A program made the translations under genes and the position numbers. The notes beneath the pieces are model-generated. The model made no database searches, was not told where the DNA came from, and saw nothing but the letters and a program-made list of their open reading frames with translations. A stretch of DNA of 25,561 nt, from the IMG/VR virus record IMGVR_UViG_3300028594_000067, positions 1 through 25,561 of that record, one strand, 5' to 3'. Shown piece after piece: positions 25,446 through 25,561 of the stretch (positions within the stretch are counted from its first letter, which is position 1; each line of letters starts with the position of its first letter). Origin of the DNA: a virus (lineage: Duplodnaviria > Caudoviricetes).

Positions 25446-25561
25446 TCGGTATTTCCTAGGTGGCGTTGGGTGATGTCGTCGAGGCGGTAGAGGTCTTGGC
25501 CGCGTTGTGAACCGTCCTGGGTTTTGTTCCGTCCTGCAATGAGAGGATGGAAGTATGCCAA
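25442..25561 (-). CDS. 3' end of a probable wHTH late transcriptional regulator (partial)
   Basis: The open frame ends ...RGQDLYRLDDITQRHLGNTE*. The LYRLDD[IV] wing motif and the position before the late promoter support the call. Confidence 0.5.
   Translation of the reverse strand: MAYFHPLIAGRNKTQDGSQRGQDLYRLDDITQRHLGNTE

Noticed and set aside
1-25561. CRISPR array, IS element, intron or intein
   Set aside because: No regularly spaced repeats, transposase or interrupted core genes noticed. TerL, portal and capsid are of normal length.

Overview
The complete late region of a temperate siphovirus-type phage or prophage from a high-GC actinobacterium (Micrococcales-like, inferred from gene styles and leaderless promoters). 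Almost all genes are on the minus strand. Reading right to left: end of a wHTH-like late regulator, a late promoter followed by a terminator, a CAU-anticodon tRNA, HNH nuclease, candidate cos, TerS, TerL, portal, MuF-like head protein, scaffold, major capsid, head-tail and neck genes, major tail, a -1 frameshifted tail chaperone pair, tape measure, Dit/Tal-like proteins, an Asp-box beta-propeller tailspike with a partner protein, and a lysis cassette (membrane proteins, amidase-M23-PGBD endolysin, start of a probable holin). Two apparent morons carry their own leaderless-type promoters. One is a 787-aa fusion of an asparagine-synthetase-like domain and an alpha/beta-hydrolase, lying between the tail-tip and lysis genes. 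The other is an antisense acidic lipoprotein between the tail chaperone and tape measure. The operon also contains several cis-RNA elements: a hairpin whose loop is complementary to three repeats in the chaperone ribosome-binding region, twin GCGAU-loop hairpins before terS and scaffold, and three terminators sharing an AUGCC tail. All calls come from motifs and synteny read by eye, with no database searches.
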